61,817 nucleotides of DNA, taken from a virus. Lineage: Duplodnaviria > Caudoviricetes. The translations under genes were made by a program, and so were the position numbers. The notes beneath the pieces are model-generated. The model searched no databases. It saw only the letters and a program-made list of their open reading frames with translations, and was not told where the DNA came from. Below are positions 46,203 through 56,252 of the stretch, in pieces; positions within the stretch are counted from its first letter, which is position 1; each line of letters starts with the position of its first letter. The DNA lies in the IMG/VR virus record IMGVR_UViG_3300036906_000071, positions 1-61,817 of that record. One strand, given 5' to 3'.

Positions 46203-47501
46203 CTAGGCGGCTACGGTCAACGCTGGATTGATTCCCAGGTTGTGCGCCACCGCGTGGACCCACGGCTTGCGCGTGTACACCGTCCAGCTGTCCTGGAAGT
46301 GCGCATCGTAGGTTGTGGTGTGCTGCCCGTTAACAATCCGCTCATACCAGAAGCCCTTGATCGGCCCGGTCATGAACTTCTGGCTGCCCGGATAACGCGC
46401 CTTGCCCAGCAGGCTTGGCGCAATGTCGTACAGATAGTCCACGGCCGCAACCGAGTCCTCCTGCACATCCTTGCCGCCAATGGTCCAGACCCGCTTGCGG
46501 TTTGGCGAGATGTCCAGCGTCTGGGTCGTCTGCCCAGGCGAGTTCATCTCCACCCGCTTCGCAAAACCGAGCTGGTTGGCCGTCACGCGCTGCACCGGGT
46601 TGGTGTAGTAGAACGCGGTCTCCTGCTCGGCGTCCATCCCGTTCGAGAGCGACTTCCGCACCTCGAGCGAGTCGATCACGCCCAGCGATAGCGGCGCCGT
46701 GCCCGCATTCGCGCTGGCGGCCTGCACCTGCTCCACCGTCCGCTGAATGCCGAACATGTCGCCGGCCTGCGTTGCGTTGATGAGGTACTGCAGCCCTGCC
46801 GGCCCTACCGGCACCCCGCTGGCATAGTTCAGCGGGATCAGGGACCCGCCCGAGACAATGAGGGCTGGATAGTCCACCGTCACCGTGTCCACGGTCGCGC
46901 CCGTCGGCTTCGACTTGGCCAGGATCGTCACCTGCCCCAGCACGTTCATGTTCGCGTCGGTCGCCTGGTACACGTTGTTCAGGTCGAGCTGCCGGTTGCC
47001 GAAGCTCAGCATCGCCAGCGGCACTGGGTTTGCCCCGTTGACGGTGGCGTCCCCGGTCGCCAGAATGCCCTGGTTGTACCCCTGAAGCAGGCAGTTGCGG
47101 AAGTGCGCCATCTTCATCTTCGACTTCGCAATCAGCCGCGCCACCACGTCCGTGATGATCGGCCGCTGGTCCCCGCCAGCCTCCTCGCTGATGCGGTTCA
47201 TCAGGTCGGTCGAGGCAATGGCCACATCGTGGCTTACCGGAACGATGATGAACTGTAGGTACTCGGCCCCATTGCCCTGCGGCAGCGGCCCGCCATCCGG
47301 CGAGAGCCCTGCCACCTGCCCGCCACTGTCCACCTGCAGCGGCACGCGGAACTTCTCCGTGCCCACGTCGTAGGCGCTGATGGTGGCAATCCGTTTGTCC
47401 AGCCCCACATCGAGGTTCTGGCTCAATTCAATGTTCGTGTCGATCACCTGGCGCATTACGGCAATCGCCGACTGCGCTGTGTAGTTCACTGGAGGTGCCA
47501 T
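46203..47501 (-). CDS. Major capsid protein
   Basis: 432 aa after portal and scaffold; strong RBS; followed by a hairpin. Confidence 0.75.
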   Translation of the reverse strand: MAPPVNYTAQSAIAVMRQVIDTNIELSQNLDVGLDKRIATISAYDVGTEKFRVPLQVDSGGQVAGLSPDGGPLPQGNGAEYLQFIIVPVSHDVAIASTDLMNRISEEAGGDQRPIITDVVARLIAKSKMKMAHFRNCLLQGYNQGILATGDATVNGANPVPLAMLSFGNRQLDLNNVYQATDANMNVLGQVTILAKSKPTGATVDTVTVDYPALIVSGGSLIPLNYASGVPVGPAGLQYLINATQAGDMFGIQRTVEQVQAASANAGTAPLSLGVIDSLEVRKSLSNGMDAEQETAFYYTNPVQRVTANQLGFAKRVEMNSPGQTTQTLDISPNRKRVWTIGGKDVQEDSVAAVDYLYDIAPSLLGKARYPGSQKFMTGPIKGFWYERIVNGQHTTTYDAHFQDSWTVYTRKPWVHAVAHNLGINPALTVAA

Positions 47502-47614
47502 GGTTGTCTTCCCTCCCAGCTTTTACCGGCTGGGTGTGTATGGCGTTGTCCCTTCGTCACGCGCGGCCAGATGTGTTTCTTGCGCTTCGCCTGGCCCCGC
47601 GGCCTGCAAAATCG

Positions 47615-49267
47615 TCAATAACCGTACTTCAGCCGGGTCCGCGCGCTCATCAGGATGGCGGCCCTGTCCTCCTCGTCCCCTGCGGCCCAGCGCGGGTCCT
47701 TCTGCGCCGTCTCCCGCGCCTTCTCGCTCAACTGCGCCTCCGTCAGCACCGGCTGGCTTCCTCCCCCGGCGCTCTGCGGCTCGATGCGCGCCACCCCGGC
47801 AATCTTCTGCTGGCGGTCCGCCTCCCCTGCCTGGCTCTGCCGCAGCCCGTCCTGCAACTCTTTCACCTTGCGTTGAAGGATCGGCGTCAGATAGCTGGCG
47901 CGCAGCCGCGCCGCATTGGTCTCGCGCTGTTGCACCCCGGCCGGGCCCAGCCGCTGCAGCCGCTGGATCTCAGCCCGCTCCGTTGGCATCCCCATCACCG
48001 TCCGGTCGAACTCCGTCAGCGCCTCCACGGCAAACGCCGGTATGGTGCTTGGCTGCTGCGTCGCCGGATCGATCCATGGGCGCGTTATCAGGAACTCCGG
48101 GATTGCCTCGCCGCGCGCCTTGGCGGCGTCAAGGTAGGTGTCGATGTCCTTGCCCACGCCCTTCTGCCAGCTGACGCGCTGCGCGCCTTCGAACTGGCGT
48201 ACCGTGCTGGCCTGCGCGCCCTTTCCAGCCTCCTGCTGCTGGCGGTTGAACTCGGCCTGCTGCCGCTCCAGCCGCTCCTGAAACTGCTTTTGCTCCGGTG
48301 TCGCATCCTCCGGCAGCGGCGGCGGCGCCGCTGGCCCGGGATTCAGAAGGCTTAGCACATAGTTCAGCGCGTCCCGCGTGTATCCCGCATCCTCCAGCGC
48401 GGCCAGATCGGCGTCCTTTGCCGCCTGGTCCGGGTAGACGCCCTTTGTCTTCGCTTCCAGATCGCGGAGCTGGCCCAGGCTCTGGTCGCGCATCTCCGTT
48501 AGCTTCTCCAGGCTGGCCGGCGTTCTCAGGCATAGGTCGTAGTCCTTGCCATACACCGGCTGGCCGTCCGCCCCGCGCAGGGCCACGCCCTTGTCGTCCG
48601 TCTTTACAAACTGATCCTTCAGGCCGGTGTAGCCTGCCGTCCGCGCAGCCGGGTCGTCCACGCCCATCAGCATGTTGTGCCGCACATCCAGCACCACGTT
48701 GGCCTGGCGCGCCATGAACTGCGCAGCCTCCAGCGTCGGCGCCAGCGCCAGAATCGGCTTGGCCGCCTCGCTCGCCCGCGCAGCCTCCATCACCAGCTGC
48801 TGCGCCGCCGGGTTCGCCTCCAATGCCGCCTTCAGCGCCGGATCGGCGGCAATCGCATCGTCAAACGCCTTCGGCAAGGCCTCGGTCGCCGCCGCAGGCG
48901 GTGGTGTCTCCTTGCCAGCCTCCGCCGCTGGAACCTCCGCCGCTGGGACCTCCGCCTCCGCAGCCTCCGGGTTCTGCTGCGCCCACGCATCGTGCTCGGT
49001 AATGAACTTCCTCAAACCCTCTTCCGTCGGCTCATAGCCGCCCGACTGCGGCTCGGCTGGCGGTGCCGCTGCTGCTGCCGGGGTAGCCGGCACCCCTGGC
49101 GCTGCGGGCGCTGCCGGTGCTGCGGGCGTAGAGGGTGTTGCCGGCGCAGCCGGTGTGCTTGGCGGTGCCGCTGGCGTTGCTGGCGCGCTGGGCGTAGAGG
49201 GTGTTGCCGGCGCAGCCGGGGCTGGCGCTGGCGCTGCTGCTGCTACTGGCGTTACTGGCGTTGCCAT
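47615..49267 (-). CDS. Scaffold-like protein
   Basis: Pro/Ala-rich N-terminus, helical body; lies between portal and capsid. Confidence 0.65.
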   Translation of the reverse strand: MATPVTPVAAAAPAPAPAAPATPSTPSAPATPAAPPSTPAAPATPSTPAAPAAPAAPGVPATPAAAAAPPAEPQSGGYEPTEEGLRKFITEHDAWAQQNPEAAEAEVPAAEVPAAEAGKETPPPAAATEALPKAFDDAIAADPALKAALEANPAAQQLVMEAARASEAAKPILALAPTLEAAQFMARQANVVLDVRHNMLMGVDDPAARTAGYTGLKDQFVKTDDKGVALRGADGQPVYGKDYDLCLRTPASLEKLTEMRDQSLGQLRDLEAKTKGVYPDQAAKDADLAALEDAGYTRDALNYVLSLLNPGPAAPPPLPEDATPEQKQFQERLERQQAEFNRQQQEAGKGAQASTVRQFEGAQRVSWQKGVGKDIDTYLDAAKARGEAIPEFLITRPWIDPATQQPSTIPAFAVEALTEFDRTVMGMPTERAEIQRLQRLGPAGVQQRETNAARLRASYLTPILQRKVKELQDGLRQSQAGEADRQQKIAGVARIEPQSAGGGSQPVLTEAQLSEKARETAQKDPRWAAGDEEDRAAILMSARTRLKYGY

Positions 49268-49289
49268 AGTGGTTCTCCTTTATTTTGCG

Positions 49290-51851
49290 TTACTTGTTGA
49301 TTAAGTCCGCTGCTTTTACGGTTGTGTCCACAATCTCTTTGCCCGCGCTTACCTGCGCGCTGGCCGTGCCCTTGGTTAGCGATGGGTCCATCTGCGCAAT
49401 CTGGGCCAGCCGCAGGATCGCCGGCGCAGCCTGTTGCATCAATAGCTGGAACTCCTGCTGCATCGTCTGCTGCTGGGCGTCGGGCTGCTTTGGCGGCTGG
49501 CCGGCCTGGGTTATTCTCATCTGCCGCTGCGCCTGCTTCATCAGCTTCACCGTCCGCACCTCGCCGATCGCATCGTAGTAGAGCTGCCACCACTGCCATG
49601 CCGGGGTCCCATCGTACTGCCGGCTGGCAGTGTCCTGCATATACTTCGCAGCCACCCTCTCCGATATGTCCAGATTGTCGCTCAGCGATGGCGCCGCCGG
49701 CAGTTGTACCGGCTGCATTGTTCCATCCGCTCCCGCTGCGGCCTGCGGTGGCGCTGTCTTCAGCTCCGCCAGCTTCGCCAGGTCGCCCAGCGTCTTCAAC
49801 CGCTGGCTCTCGCTCGGCGCATTCGATCCTGGAACGATCGCCGTACATGCCTTCGCCTGGTTCTCCGGGTCGTCAAACCACTCCGCCGCAGCCGGGTTTT
49901 GGTTGTTCAGCGCGCTAAAGACCGACAGAATCGCCTCGCGTATCTCCTCCGCGGTCGCCGGCAGGTTCTGGTCCGGATCCTGGGTGAAGCTGCAATCCCC
50001 ATCCAGGTCGGCGGGATACACGGTCTCGTTCTGGTAGCTTCCGCCCTGGTCCTTGCGCACGTCCCAAAGCTGCTGGATCGCCCCCGCCTGCATCAGTTGC
50101 TTCAGCCAGTACACAATGTTCTCGTCAGACTGCGCGGCCTCCCGCTTGGCGTTCATCCAGTACCGCCGGAAGGTTGTCAGCGCCCGGTCCAGCATCTGCG
50201 CCTGGCCCATCCCGGTATCGACGCCCACCGTCGTGCCGGTCCCCTGCACCTGCGGCGGAAGCTCCGCCACCAGCATCAGGAAGGTGTACAGCGATGAAGC
50301 ATAGTTCCACATCTCGGGCGCCATCGGCGTGTCGAAATGCGCGAATGTATCGCCCAACGGCCTCGGTTCGCCATTGATCTTGTCGGGGACCGGGATAATC
50401 GTCATCGGCGACAGGCGCAAGGCGGCAATCTTTTTCTGGTCGCCCATCGACGCCCGCATCAGGTTCAGCCCCATCGATGCGCGCATAGCCTGCTCATCCA
50501 CCAGTTGATTGGCTGCGTTGATCCTGCGGTTGAATGGCACCACGCGGTTGGCGATCGCCGGCGGATACGCTCCAAATCCCTGCTGCAGTTTGCCCTGCGT
50601 CCACTCCCGCACCAGGCTCGCAGACCGGATCTCCGTCGTCTCCTCGCCCAGGTTCGCTATCATCAGCCCCTTGGGAAACAGCCGCTTCATCTTGTCGCCA
50701 AACTCTTTGTCGCCCGTCCGGTAGAAGGTCCGCGGCTGGCACCACACCTCGCTGTAGGTCACCGAGCTCTGGTTCATGTCGGAGGTCTGGTTGGCAGCCA
50801 TCGCATACCCTTCCAACCGGCGAAACCGCTCATACTCCGAGTTCGCGCTGGTCGGCGAGACCGCCCCCTCCTGGATCGAGTCCGCCAGGTCCGGGTGCAT
50901 CTCCCGTGCCTCGCCTATATCGATCTCCCACTCATGCGCCAGCAGCGGTGTGGCCGCAACGCGCTTCGCCTTCGGGTCCATGTCGATCTCGCGCGGATCG
51001 TGGATGGTCTCCTTCACCCCGGCGCGCGGCACCTCCTTCATGCCCGCCATGCGCAGTCCCGTGGTGCCGCCTTCGCCCTCGGCGTAGTACGACTCGGGCC
51101 CCAGCGTTGCTCCGCAGCCGGGGCACGCCGGAAGCTCTCCATGGCCGCCCGGCGCCAGCTCCGTCAGCGGCGTCTCCTTGCCGCACTGCCGGCACTTCAT
51201 CCGCGCCGGCGGCCGCACCTCAAAGTCCTCGTAGGCCGCCACCTGGTCCACGCCGAACAGATCGCCGTCGAAGACCGCCCGCACATGCCGGAAGTACGTC
51301 CCAAAATCGAATTGAGACTCGAAGGCCTCCGACAGCAGCTCCTCCGCCCCATTCTTGCGATGCACACTCTCGATCGCCGTCTTCGCCGCCTTCGCCGCCT
51401 TTACATCCTTCGGCACGGTGGCATCCACCGGGTCCACCACCGTGCGCGGCAATGCGCTCGCCAGTATCCCCGTCCAAACATTGCAGCACAGCAGCGTGAC
51501 GTTGGTGACAAAGGGTTCCAGGTCCGCGTTCTCACCCGGGGCCATCTGGTCCGATGCGCGATACTGCGCCAGCGCGTCGAACCAGCTGTTTGTCCCAGGG
51601 TTCCATCCCAGGCATTGCACACCCTTCCTGAAGAGCGAGTTGCGCCCCCAGTCGCGGAACAGCTCCAGCCGGTTGGTCATCCAACTGTCGCGGTACTGGC
51701 GAATGCAGTCCAGTATCTTGCGGCGGTCGGCGTCGTCGATCCCCAGATGGCTGAAGTCGCGCTTGCCCGGCTTGGGCGGCCCGCTCTGCGCGCTCTGGCG
51801 GGTTGTGCCGTCGTCGACGCCCGGCTCTCGAATTGCTATGCCTGATGCCAT
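49290..51851 (-). CDS. Portal protein, P22-like, with a zinc-ribbon insertion
   Basis: 853 aa, Gln-rich C-terminal tail, CRQC...CPGC insert; genomic position. Confidence 0.8.
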   Translation of the reverse strand: MASGIAIREPGVDDGTTRQSAQSGPPKPGKRDFSHLGIDDADRRKILDCIRQYRDSWMTNRLELFRDWGRNSLFRKGVQCLGWNPGTNSWFDALAQYRASDQMAPGENADLEPFVTNVTLLCCNVWTGILASALPRTVVDPVDATVPKDVKAAKAAKTAIESVHRKNGAEELLSEAFESQFDFGTYFRHVRAVFDGDLFGVDQVAAYEDFEVRPPARMKCRQCGKETPLTELAPGGHGELPACPGCGATLGPESYYAEGEGGTTGLRMAGMKEVPRAGVKETIHDPREIDMDPKAKRVAATPLLAHEWEIDIGEAREMHPDLADSIQEGAVSPTSANSEYERFRRLEGYAMAANQTSDMNQSSVTYSEVWCQPRTFYRTGDKEFGDKMKRLFPKGLMIANLGEETTEIRSASLVREWTQGKLQQGFGAYPPAIANRVVPFNRRINAANQLVDEQAMRASMGLNLMRASMGDQKKIAALRLSPMTIIPVPDKINGEPRPLGDTFAHFDTPMAPEMWNYASSLYTFLMLVAELPPQVQGTGTTVGVDTGMGQAQMLDRALTTFRRYWMNAKREAAQSDENIVYWLKQLMQAGAIQQLWDVRKDQGGSYQNETVYPADLDGDCSFTQDPDQNLPATAEEIREAILSVFSALNNQNPAAAEWFDDPENQAKACTAIVPGSNAPSESQRLKTLGDLAKLAELKTAPPQAAAGADGTMQPVQLPAAPSLSDNLDISERVAAKYMQDTASRQYDGTPAWQWWQLYYDAIGEVRTVKLMKQAQRQMRITQAGQPPKQPDAQQQTMQQEFQLLMQQAAPAILRLAQIAQMDPSLTKGTASAQVSAGKEIVDTTVKAADLINK

Positions 51852-51852
51852 G

Positions 51853-52176
51853 CTATCCCCCAGCCCTTATGCGCGATCCCGGCAGGCGTATCGCGCCGGC
51901 TTTCGCCGCATCGTTTGCCCACGTCTCAACGCTCTCGAAGGTGGCCTGCGTCCGCAGCGGCGGGTCTTTGCCCTCGACTGCCGCAGCCTCCGGCGTCTGG
52001 GCCCGCACCTCAAACGGCCGGCCACCAGCCGCTTCCGCTTCCGCTCCAACCGTCAACGGGTCTACGCCCAGCACCCGCAGATAGCGGTCCAGCAGCTCAC
52101 GGTTCAGCGCCTCCAGCGCGCGGATGCGCTCCTCGGCCGCGCGCAGCCTTCGCCCGCTTGCCAGTGGCCAGTTCAT
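51853..52176 (-). CDS. Hypothetical coiled-coil protein
   Basis: Overlapping stop/start packing. Confidence 0.65.
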   Translation of the reverse strand: MNWPLASGRRLRAAEERIRALEALNRELLDRYLRVLGVDPLTVGAEAEAAGGRPFEVRAQTPEAAAVEGKDPPLRTQATFESVETWANDAAKAGAIRLPGSRIRAGG

Positions 52177-52556
52177 CAGTACCACTCCCTTACGATTGCC
52201 TGCGTCGGGGTCGCCGTCGCCGAGGTCAGCTTCGCCACCACCGCCCCCATGCCGCCCACCGGCACGCCCCACCCGCCATGCACCGAGCGCGGATCGCCCA
52301 GGTTGATGAGCGCCTGCGGCACAGCCGCGGGATCGTCCTGCTTCCAGAAGCCCGCGCCCGCCGCCGGCGGCGAGAGAGTTCCGGTGATTGGGTCCACCAG
52401 GTTGCCCGCAAAACCCTGCGCCACGCCGCCATTCGGAGATCCCGCAGCCATGTCCTCGGCAATCTCCACAAACCGCGCCATCACGCTCAGTACTATCGCA
52501 GTCATGGCGCCGCCGCTCGCATTCAACGGCACATAGGTAAGTTTGGGATTCGTCAT
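52176..52556 (-). CDS. Hypothetical, probably structural
   Basis: GAGG RBS; beta-rich. Confidence 0.7.
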   Translation of the reverse strand: MTNPKLTYVPLNASGGAMTAIVLSVMARFVEIAEDMAAGSPNGGVAQGFAGNLVDPITGTLSPPAAGAGFWKQDDPAAVPQALINLGDPRSVHGGWGVPVGGMGAVVAKLTSATATPTQAIVREWY

Positions 52557-52592
52557 TGCAGCCTCGCTTTCGTTTGGTCCTTGCTGGTTGGC

Positions 52593-53009
52593 TTATTGCG
52601 CGCCATTTCCCTCGTTGTCGGTCTTATCCTTGCGCTCAACGCTTGTTCTGTTGAAAGTGCTGCTCTTTCCCCCAAACTGTATTCTGCCCCCCAAACCGTG
52701 CAACAGCACAAGCAGCGTCATGAACACAGATCCAATGTCCCGGATCGATCGAAAGTCGTCACCAAGATCGCGGATGGCGCTGTTTGTTATATCGATCTTT
52801 TGGTCGATTTTGTCGAACCGCACCGCCATCCGCGTCTGCGTATCGCTCAGGTTGTCGATCCGCGTCGCGCTTACCGCTATCTGCGATTGCAGGCTGAGCT
52901 GGGAGTTGCTCTGCCCCCATACATCCACGCCAATTCCTATGCACACCGATATTGCGAGCGAACACAACACATAGAGCCATCTGGCAATGTGTTTCCCGAA
53001 GATCTTCAT
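52593..53009 (-). CDS. Membrane protein (signal/TM + coiled coil + TM), lysis candidate
   Basis: Hydrophobic N-terminus ending VWG|Q, heptad region, C-terminal TM helix. Confidence 0.65.
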   Translation of the reverse strand: MKIFGKHIARWLYVLCSLAISVCIGIGVDVWGQSNSQLSLQSQIAVSATRIDNLSDTQTRMAVRFDKIDQKIDITNSAIRDLGDDFRSIRDIGSVFMTLLVLLHGLGGRIQFGGKSSTFNRTSVERKDKTDNEGNGAQ

Positions 53010-53090
53010 CGTTTAGTCCCTCCGTCTACTGCTTGCATTGAGGGCGTTGCCAGGGTGTTGCTCCGCGTTTCTACCTGCTCGAGGGCGTTG

Positions 53091-53921
53091 CTACTTGCCC
53101 CAGCCAATCAGCAATCCGAAGATCGGCTGGTAGCCGGTGCCGTTCGATACCGACGACTTCATAAACCGCAGCGAAGGCATCAGATAGTAGTTCCCCTTCA
53201 CCTTGATGGCCACCAGGGCGCCACCGTTCCACTGCCACCCGGTGTTTGTCCCGCTCCAACTGATTCCCGCCGCCGTTGGAACGTACACCGGCACATTGCC
53301 GAGCGTGAATACCTTCTGCGCAATCCCGGCGCCAATGTTCGTGGTCACCGTAAAAGGCTTCATCGTGTTGGGCAGCGCGTCCACCGCGGTGAAGGCGTAG
53401 GTGCCAGACACGTTCAGCGCATGCGCATACAGCGCCGTGCCCGCCACCGAGGGCGAGGCATTCACGCTGTACGATCCGCCCGCGGCATAGAGATTCTGTA
53501 TGTCCGGCGTAGCTGTCTGCGCCTTCAGGTGCGTGGGGAATGCCAGGCCCGGGCCCAGCAGCAGCGCGCCAACAACTACTTTGGCGATGATGTTCTGTGC
53601 GGCAGCAGCCTGTTGTGCAGCGGCAGCAGCAACGGCGGCATCGGCCTGCTGTTGCACCGCGTCCGAAGGGCCGGCAAAGATCGTTGGGCTGATCACATGC
53701 AGCAGGACCGAGAGCGACACCAGTGCGGCAAATATCCCGGCGTGCTCCGGCTGCGCAAGCCAGTTGTGGGCCAGCGTGGGAACCCCAATCACGGCGGCCA
53801 GCGTTCCAATTCCATGAAGCAGTTGCGGTATCTTGACTGTCATCGGTGTTCTCTCCTTCGCTACGGCCTCAATCTTGTTGAAGTCGCTGTAAGCCTTCCA
53901 TAGTTTCACGGGGCTAAGCAT
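53091..53921 (-). CDS. Two-TM domain fused to an internal signal peptide and a putative 8-stranded beta-barrel
   Basis: Two hydrophobic helices, then LLLGPGLAFPTHLKA|Q, then eight amphipathic strands ending LLIGW. Confidence 0.7.
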   Translation of the reverse strand: MLSPVKLWKAYSDFNKIEAVAKERTPMTVKIPQLLHGIGTLAAVIGVPTLAHNWLAQPEHAGIFAALVSLSVLLHVISPTIFAGPSDAVQQQADAAVAAAAAQQAAAAQNIIAKVVVGALLLGPGLAFPTHLKAQTATPDIQNLYAAGGSYSVNASPSVAGTALYAHALNVSGTYAFTAVDALPNTMKPFTVTTNIGAGIAQKVFTLGNVPVYVPTAAGISWSGTNTGWQWNGGALVAIKVKGNYYLMPSLRFMKSSVSNGTGYQPIFGLLIGWGK

Positions 53922-54015
53922 TATGGCCCTCCTTCGGGAAGCAGGCCGCCAGCCCAGCTTCTGTCCCTGCGCTGGCGGCCCTGTTGAGTTGCAGCGGTTG
54001 GTGCGGACCCAATCC

Positions 54016-54354
54016 TTACTTCTTCTTAGCAGCCACCGGCTGCACGGGTATGTTCTTGTCGTTGGACCCGTCGATAGACGGTTGCGGTGGCTGGGCGGGA
54101 GCGGCCTTTGCCGCCTCCGCAGCCTTCATCTGGTCAAGCCAGTACTGGCACTCCTGGATCGCCCCCCCTGTGGCGTTGGCGTTGGCCACCATCTGGTCGT
54201 ACTGCTGCTTGAGCAGCACCAGCCGCGCCTCCAGCGCGCGTTGGGTGACGCCCTGCGGCGCCGGTTGCGGTGCGGGCGGGGCGGCCGGCTGCTGGGCAGA
54301 GACCATAAGGCCCCCACCCAGCAGCAGGATCAGGCAAATCGCTTGGTGGCGCAT
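54016..54354 (-). CDS. Exported coiled-coil protein
   Basis: MRHQAICLILLLGGGLMVSA|QQ. Confidence 0.75.
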   Translation of the reverse strand: MRHQAICLILLLGGGLMVSAQQPAAPPAPQPAPQGVTQRALEARLVLLKQQYDQMVANANATGGAIQECQYWLDQMKAAEAAKAAPAQPPQPSIDGSNDKNIPVQPVAAKKK

Positions 54355-54375
54355 GGCGGTGCTCCTTGCTTGGTT

Positions 54376-55596
54376 CTAGGTTCCCGGCGTGCCCTTGTAG
54401 GCGATGTAGGCGTCGGTGCCGTTGACCTTGATCTTCAGGTAGCCCGTCACCGATCCAGCGGATGCCGTGCTTCCGTTGATGAATGCAGAGCCGTTGTTTG
54501 ACAGATCGAACAGATACCCAGCCTTCGAGTAGCCGTAGATCAGCGAGTTGAAGGTGGTTGCCGTGGTGTTGGTCAGCACCGCCGAATCGCAAAAGGCGCA
54601 GGTCACGCTGGGGCCTGTCGCTCCTGCATCGCTCCATATCGGGGTGACGTGCGACCCGGAGGTCAGTGTGGCTGCTGAGATGTCCAACTGCCCCAGCAAG
54701 CCGGCGATCCATGCGGTGCCGGCGACCGTCCCGGCCAGGATGAGCTTTCCTTGGGTGCCGTTCGCATAACCGCCAGCGACTGTCGTTCCGGCAGCGAAGG
54801 TTGCAGTCCCGCGAACGCCCGTCAGATTGTTCCCGCCATCCGAGAAGGAGGCGTTGGTGGTTGTGATTGCGCCGATAATCGTGCGCACACTGCCCGGCGT
54901 CGCTGTGGTCTGCGTGTTGCTCACCGACAATATGCCCGGCGTATAGGCCAGCGCCAGTTGGGTGTACGCCGCGCCGGTCCAGGTGTAGTAGGTCATCGGC
55001 GCCGTTGTCACGTCGACGATCATCAGGTTGGTTGTGCCAAAGGCGGCAGGGATCGCAGCAATTTCGGCGGCCGGCGTCTGGCTTCCCGGCAGGCTGGCAA
55101 TGTACGTCTTCCACGCCGGGTCCAGAACGACCATCGTCGGATAGGCCGCGCTCTTATTGTTGTAGAGCGCCTCCTGCAGCCCGCCCGTGCCGGATTTGAC
55201 GTAGAAGGTGATGTGGCTGTGGTTGGTCGACGAGCTAAAGCCGCAGCTCGATCCGGTCTGGAAGGTGGTCGATGGGCTCACCACCTCGCTGTTGGCCGTG
55301 TTGCTGTCCTGGAGATACAGCGGGAACGGGGTTGCCGCCGGGCCAAAGACGAAGTAGGGATTGGACGACGATCCGTTCGGGTAGGTCTGGCAACTTCCCG
55401 GCCCGGTCGGTCCGGTGTTCCAGTTGAAGTTGTTTGCGCCCGAACCCTGCATATTTGCCTGGGCATAGTCGATCGCAAAGACCCAGTGGAAGTTCGCGCT
55501 GCCGTACTGGCTCTGCGCCAGCGCGGGAACAGCACAGGTCAACGCAAGGATTGCTGTCGCCACCATGGCGACACCGATTGCTCGTAGCGTTTTCAT
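54376..55596 (-). CDS. Signal-peptide-bearing fibre/spike-like protein
   Basis: ...AVPALA|QS; Thr/Gly-rich; C-terminal GYLKIKVNGTDAYIAY resembles fibre tips. Confidence 0.75.
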   Translation of the reverse strand: MKTLRAIGVAMVATAILALTCAVPALAQSQYGSANFHWVFAIDYAQANMQGSGANNFNWNTGPTGPGSCQTYPNGSSSNPYFVFGPAATPFPLYLQDSNTANSEVVSPSTTFQTGSSCGFSSSTNHSHITFYVKSGTGGLQEALYNNKSAAYPTMVVLDPAWKTYIASLPGSQTPAAEIAAIPAAFGTTNLMIVDVTTAPMTYYTWTGAAYTQLALAYTPGILSVSNTQTTATPGSVRTIIGAITTTNASFSDGGNNLTGVRGTATFAAGTTVAGGYANGTQGKLILAGTVAGTAWIAGLLGQLDISAATLTSGSHVTPIWSDAGATGPSVTCAFCDSAVLTNTTATTFNSLIYGYSKAGYLFDLSNNGSAFINGSTASAGSVTGYLKIKVNGTDAYIAYKGTPGT

Positions 55597-55717
55597 GGTT
55601 TCTCTTTTCTGAGGGCCTCTGGCCGCTCAACCAGCGCCCTCGGACGCTGGACAATTCAGATTGGTTGCAAGGGGCGGAAGCTCCCCGCCCCTCGGACGAT
55701 TGCGCGCGCTGCCGTGC

Positions 55718-56230
55718 TTAACTTTGCGGTGCTGGCGGATCGGGGTCTTCCGGGGCCTCGGTCTGTGCCGGGGCTTCCGGCTGGGCTGGTGCGAGCGGCG
55801 CTTCCGGCTGGGCTGGTGCCTGTGCGAGCAGCGCTTCCGGCTGGGCAGGCGCCTGTGCGAGCGCCTGCTCTGCGGCAACCGCGTCCAGGTCTTCAGCCGA
55901 CGGCAGGTCCACAGCCGGCGGTTGCGGCGGGTTCGGGTCTGGCGGCGCGACAGATGGTGGATAGACGCCCGGCGTACCGGGCGCATCCGAGGCCACGCGC
56001 ACGCTGAATGCGCGCTGGATATAGCCGTCGATGTCCTTCGCCAACCCCGGTGCGTTTGGGTCCAGATACACCAGGGTGACGTGCTCCTCCGCTGGCAATG
56101 TCTTGCCGTCACCGTCCAGCAGCGCGTTGCCGCCGCGCGAGGGCAGAAACAATTCGCTCGATACAACCAGCGCCACTACCACCGGCCCATCCTGCACCGG
56201 ACGATACATTACCGCATCTCCGTATTTCAT
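55718..56230 (-). CDS. Hypothetical protein with PAQPEA repeats
   Basis: AAGGAG RBS; MKYGDAVMY... Confidence 0.7.
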   Translation of the reverse strand: MKYGDAVMYRPVQDGPVVVALVVSSELFLPSRGGNALLDGDGKTLPAEEHVTLVYLDPNAPGLAKDIDGYIQRAFSVRVASDAPGTPGVYPPSVAPPDPNPPQPPAVDLPSAEDLDAVAAEQALAQAPAQPEALLAQAPAQPEAPLAPAQPEAPAQTEAPEDPDPPAPQS

Positions 56231-56252
56231 TGTGTTTCTCCTTTGCTGCGAT

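Noticed and set aside
49060-49260. Tandem repeats at the scaffold N-terminus, and at 55750-55870
   Set aside because: Coding low-complexity Pro/Ala linkers.
923-53903. Long plus-strand ORFs such as 923-2467, 13075-14709, 20629-22371, 24602-26305, 36788-39406, 38872-41043 and 51915-53903
   Set aside because: Arg/Pro/His-rich antisense shadows of real minus-strand genes in high-GC DNA; no motifs or RBS.
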